A DNA stretch of 63,711 nucleotides, counting the filler, from Lenisia limosa (lineage: Eukaryota > Protista > Breviatea), in NCBI GenBank assembly GCA_001655205.1. It is 13 parts of 13 records of this genome, joined end to end, with 100 filler letters (N's around TTAATTAATTAA, not from the genome) between each part and the next. Parts side by side here need not be neighbours in the genome. Positions count along the whole stretch, not along the records: positions 59,714 to 62,417 come from LPNZ01006680.1; positions 62,518 to 63,711 come from LPNZ01008793.1; 11 more parts are not named here. One strand, 5' to 3'. Of this stretch, positions 59,728 to 63,711 are shown piece after piece (the stretch's first letter is position 1; the number at the start of each line of letters is the position of its first letter). A program made the position numbers and the translations under genes. Under the pieces are notes generated by a model. That model had not been told where the DNA came from, made no database searches, and saw only the letters and a list, made by a program, of their open reading frames with translations.

Positions 59728-62294
59728 AGAGTCTTTAAGGCAAATGGTCAGGCCAAAACCGCTCAGGAGTGGACTGAGATTTTTGCTGTGGTATGAAATG
59801 AATAAGGAATCAAATATGATATGTGATACCAGTATTATATTCATCTACATATGATATGTATATATCATATGTTATGTGATATTAGCTGACCATGTTAAGT
59901 CATGCGCGGATTGTGATGGTTTTATCTTTTTGTCAATAGTATCAGGACTTACCGCGTCATTGTATGATATGCTATGTCTTAACCTCGCAGGACAACTCAG
60001 GCACCTACAACAACCAATGGATGGTGTTGAATGGCAACATTACCAACATGGCTCTGAAGGAGGACCTTCCTGATGGCTCTTTCTGGATTTTGGAGCAAGT
60101 AGGGGGGGGGGGTAAAAACTGATTTTTTATTCGAGAAACAAGGGAGAGCGANNNNNNNNNNNNNNNNNNNNNNNNNNNNNNNNNNNNNNNNNNNNNNNNN
60201 NNNNNNNNNNNNNNNNNNNNNNNNNNNNNNNNNNNNNNNNTGAGATACATAGAGTCAGAGAAAAAATAAAAAAGGATTGGTGGAGAAGGCTCTGAGGGAC
60301 CCCCTAAAAATGGTTTAACCACCACTCTAATAATAAACATAACAGTAATACCCCCACTCAATTACACCACCCCCCAATAAAAAAATCAATTATTCTATAA
60401 TATAATATGTAGTATAGCCATATTAGATATTACACCACCCCCCTTTCCACTCATTTTCATTTTCAGGCCCCCTCAAGATGCTGGAGTCATGACGTCACCG
60501 AAGTACTGAACCGTCAGGGCTACTGGGGTTCTTACAACATCCCATTCGACAAGGAGGCCTATGACTTCCTTGGTTACGAGTATGCGCGGTCTTGGGTTTT
60601 TCCTGTAGTTTTCAGGAAACAGTATTTTTCTGGGAAAAGTTTTTTTTTCCTGTCTTGGTTACGAGTTGAGTTTTTCCTGTTAGGAGACAAGGGGAAACTT
60701 TCACCAGGAAATTACAGGATTTTTTTCCAGAGAAACTTCTGGAAACCCCCATTATTCACTTCTACAGAGATCCCATGGCATTTCAGCTTGGTTATTACTA
60801 TTCTAGGGAAATATAATATATCCAACATATGATATGATATACTAGTAGTATAAATTTACTACAATAATCCATTAACTATTTCAGGGAAAGATACCACAGC
60901 AATCCCAGGCATTTCAGCTATGATCATTGCCCTCGCGCTGAACTCTTCCGCCTTCATCAAAGCTCTGTTGAATCTATTGTGGGGATGGGTAAGAATAAAT
61001 AGTGGCGGTTTGGNNNNNNNNNNNNNNNNNNNNNNNNNNNNNNNNNNNNNNNNNNNNNNNNNNNNNNNNNNNNNNNNNNNNNNNNNNNNNNNNNNNNNNN
61101 NNNNNNNNNNNNNNNNNNNNNNNNNNNNNNNNNNNNNTACTAAATCATTTGTATGGCTTCGGCCATATACCATAATCCTATCCTTCAATTAATACAGACA
61201 AACGTCCTTCACCTTTTCCCAATGTAGGATGACCTGAAACACCTGTTACGTTACAATGGCTACCCCAATGACCCCATCACTGGGGACTCGACTTATGACG
61301 CTGTTGCCTCTAGGTTTGTTAGTGATATGGTGATAGTAGTAAGGCTTCAGATTTGGTACAAAAAGATGGAATTCCGGAAAATCCTTGATAAATATCGATA
61401 TTGCCCCCATCTTTTGGAACCTAAAATAAAGCTCTAAATACTGAGATGTAGGGCTTCCCTACGGTCCAAAAAAGACAGTTTAAATATCGATATTTATCGA
61501 GAATTTATCTGGAGATTCGGTCTTTTTTGGGACCGTAGGGAAGCCCTACCTACATGGGTATGTTATGATAAATGTACACTGAGCGCGATAAGTCCTGGCG
61601 ATGAATTAAGATAAAGTTAAATATCCATGAAACTTATAATTCATATCATTTGCCTGACAACTCTGTTCAGATGCACATGTTGATATCATATTATGTATGT
61701 AATATGATATCATTTTTGTATCATAGACTAAGATGTTGAGATGGATATGATAATATGATGAGTGGTGGTAGATTGGTCCACTTGTTACTACCTCCCCATA
61801 ATAATGCTCTCGCTAACTTTACTCCCCCATTACGGAAAATATTGGCTTAGGAGTGTTGTGAATAAGAGCATTATTATGGGGAAATGTTGGAGTAGAAATA
61901 TCTAATGCTCAGCTTTGGGGAATAAGAAATCACTGCAGATCACTCCTTTCACTCCCATCACTCCCATCTCACACCTTGTAGAGGAGACCTTGATCAAACA
62001 AAGAAAAGGGCTTTTGGTACTATTGATGCGTGGGGGGGATTATTCTGATTTATTATCTTGGGAGGGGGGGGGGTAATCGAAAATTTTGGCAGAGCCTAAA
62101 TCAACTCTGTTGCATTTGTTGTAACACAATGATCATATGCCCGGCTTTCAGCACAAGCATTTTATAACTTTCCTTATTTGGCAAGCAAGCCGACTAACCT
62201 TCCTCTTTAGGAAGGTAACCAGTGTTAACCACGCAAAACAGGGGGTTTCTTATGCTGTTGCTGGACCAACCCACCAAGAACTCCCCCCCTTCAG
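59728..62294 (+). CDS. Phospholipase B-like protein (PLBD1/2 family), C-terminal half, partial
   Basis: NSGTYNNQWMVL, WILEQ, GYWGSYNIPF, SYDHCPRAELF, LLRYNGYPNDP, AVASRGDL, GTIDAKVTS, AVAGPTHQELPPF. Confidence 0.92.
61340..61548. mobile_element. Two adjacent hAT-like MITEs (degenerate 61340-61436, intact 61449-61548)
   Basis: Second copy has near-perfect TIRs TAGGGCTTCCCTACGGTCC / GGACCGTAGGGAAGCCCTA. Confidence 0.85.
61794..61881. repeat. 88-bp hairpin with perfect 17-bp inverted termini
   Basis: CCCCATAATAATGCTCT / AGAGCATTATTATGGGG. Confidence 0.75.
62064..62127 (-). mobile_element. Family A repeat antisense to its host gene (only exception seen), mid-intron
   Basis: Plus strand G10-TAATCGAAAATTTTGG..AAATCAACTCTGTTG inside a plus-strand PLBD intron. 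Confidence 0.65.
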
Positions 62295-62417
62295 GTAATG
62301 TTTTGTATTTTTACATTAATGATTAATGAATAACCAATCCGGATCATATTGTATTATTGCCCCGTTCTGTTTTTTTTGTTATCTGTTTTTTGTTCTCTGT
62401 TTTTTAGTTATAGCGTT

Positions 62418-62517
62418 NNNNNNNNNNNNNNNNNNNNNNNNNNNNNNNNNNNNNNNNNNNNTTAATTAATTAANNNNNNNNNNNNNNNNNNNNNNNNNNN
62501 NNNNNNNNNNNNNNNNN
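62418..62517. other. Artificial contig linker
   Basis: 44N-TTAATTAATTAA-44N. Confidence 0.97.
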
Positions 62518-62582
62518 TTTTTGTTGTTGTTGTTGTTTTTTGTTGTTAAACAATTAATTAAGAGGCCGCTTATTTCCTGCAG

Positions 62583-63711
62583 GGACTGGAGGACCTTGCC
62601 TTCTTCCGCTCATACATTCGCGAGCTCTACTCCTTGACTGAGGTGAGCCTGGACGTTGTCGTTGGGGTTTCAGCAAGGCACGTATACAGTGACCGGGATA
62701 AGTCTTGACGTATTTTCCTTGAAACCAAGCAAATCGGTCAACACTTATCCCGGTCACTGTCCTGTGTTGCGTTGATTTTTTTTTTTATTATTTGTTTCAT
62801 AAAAATGTCCTTATTCACTCCCCAACCCCCCCCCCAGTCTAAATTCNNNNNNNNNNNNNNNNNNNNNNNNNNNNNNNNNNNNNNNNNNNNNNNNNNNNNN
62901 NNNNNNNNNNNNNNNNNNNNNNNNNNNNNNNNNNNNNNNGGGCTGAATGTGGTGTTTTTAATGATTAAGCGCTTTTGTGTTATTTCGACAATATTATAAG
63001 CTTTTTTTGTTTTTATAGCAATGCAATAATGATTAGCGCTTGTGTGTTTGGCAATAATAATGAGCGCTTTTTTGTTTTTATGGCAATATTTTAAGCGATT
63101 TTGTGTAATGATTGCAATATTATTGCGCTTTTTTGTTATTATGAAAATATGATAAGAGTTGCTGTGTTTTTATATGAGCGCTTTTGTGTTTTTATGTGCA
63201 ATATAGGTCCGGTTCTTGCCAAGGAGGATTACTTCGAATACGACGAGGCTATTGTCGGCTTCCTCGGGGAACAGTAGGGGGGATGTAAGAAATGAGGTGT
63301 TTTGGGATTTTAGGGGGGGGGGGNNNNNNNNNNCTACTTTACAAAACAGCACGACTCCATGCAATTAATTTGAAGAAATTTATTTTTGTCTGAAATGGAG
63401 TATGTTTCACTTCTAATTCGGTAATTATTTAATTAATTGCACGGAGTCCAACTAAAAAACTTGAATCCCAAATGGTGCATCCACACATCTTTTACTTACA
63501 TTGAACGGATAAGTCTTTGCCGTTTCTTTGGGCAATCGCAGAGCAATTCTAACAAGACTTATTCCGATCACTGTATGTATATTTCAAGGTTTTACTGATT
63601 TAATGTCTTGCTCTCAAAACCAACAGGAAGTAACGAAGGACGTTCGTTTTCATTCCTTACAGATGTACCGAGGACGTTCAGAACGTCGTCCACTACCTGG
63701 AGTCTGTTATC
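62583..63711 (+). CDS. Hypothetical protein exons, partial
   Basis: GLEDLAFFRSYIRELYSLTE|GTGAGC; PVLAKEDYFEYDEAIVGFLGE|GTAGGG; CTEDVQNVVHYLESVI. Confidence 0.55.
62687..62759. mobile_element. Tc1/mariner-like MITE
   Basis: TA|CAGTGACCGGGATAAGT..ACTTATCCCGGTCACTG. Confidence 0.85.
62771..62837 (+). mobile_element. Family A terminus ending in C-run + AG
   Basis: GTTGATTTT..GTTTCATAAAAATGTCCTTATTCACTCCCCAACCCCCCCCCCAG. Confidence 0.7.
62955..63206 (+). repeat. Degenerate intronic minisatellite (~30-35 bp unit)
   Basis: Repeated AGCGCTTTT(G/T)TGTT..TTAT..GCAATA units up to the acceptor at ~63206. Confidence 0.75.
63354..63450. mobile_element. TAGGGCTCCGTGCAATT MITE subfamily, internally deleted
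   Basis: GACTCCATGCAATTAATT..AATTAATTGCACGGAGTC. Confidence 0.7.
63499..63573. mobile_element. Tc1/mariner-like MITE, degenerate
   Basis: TA|CATTGAACGGATAAGTCTT..AAGACTTATTCCGATCACTG|TA. Confidence 0.75.

Noticed and set aside
57473-62294. Joining the signal-peptide gene to the phospholipase B-like exons as one gene
   Set aside because: Separated by an artificial linker, and the upstream exons show no PLB motifs.
514-63364. Most ORFs in the supplied six-frame track
   Set aside because: They span N runs, introns, microsatellites (e.g. 1144-1356, 23515-23718, 52913-53311) or the antisense of real exons.

Overview
Intron-rich eukaryotic nuclear DNA from a flagellated, mitochondriate microbial eukaryote (species not identifiable by eye). 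It is not one locus: 13 unrelated scaffolds are joined by 12 artificial 100-bp linkers (44 N + TTAATTAATTAA + 44 N), and many further N gaps fall inside introns. By manual exon translation (no database search) I recognise these genes, several cut by linkers: outer-arm dynein heavy chain tail (-), FKBP12-type PPIase (-), ABCC/MRP transporter (+), inner-arm dynein heavy chain motor region (+), proline dehydrogenase (+), UvrD/Srs2-like helicase (+), MAD1 (-), a TRP-like multi-pass membrane protein (+) and phospholipase B-like (+). There are also several hypothetical genes and two decayed pogo/DDE_1 transposases. The genetic code looks standard and introns are GT-AG. The most unusual signal is intron architecture. 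Two related interspersed repeat families (A and B) lie almost always in host-gene sense orientation, and where the junction is visible their shared terminus (TTTTACTCCCCCC) runs directly into the 3' splice-site AG, in introns of many unrelated genes. This fits an introner-like or acceptor-donating element. In addition, degenerate GT donors are often followed by G-runs and acceptors preceded by C-runs. Ordinary hAT-like (TAGGG...CCCTA, 8-bp TSD) and Tc1/mariner-like (CAGTG...CACTG, TA TSD) MITEs sit mid-intron and act as internal controls. Exon coordinates are hand-derived and may be off by a few bases.
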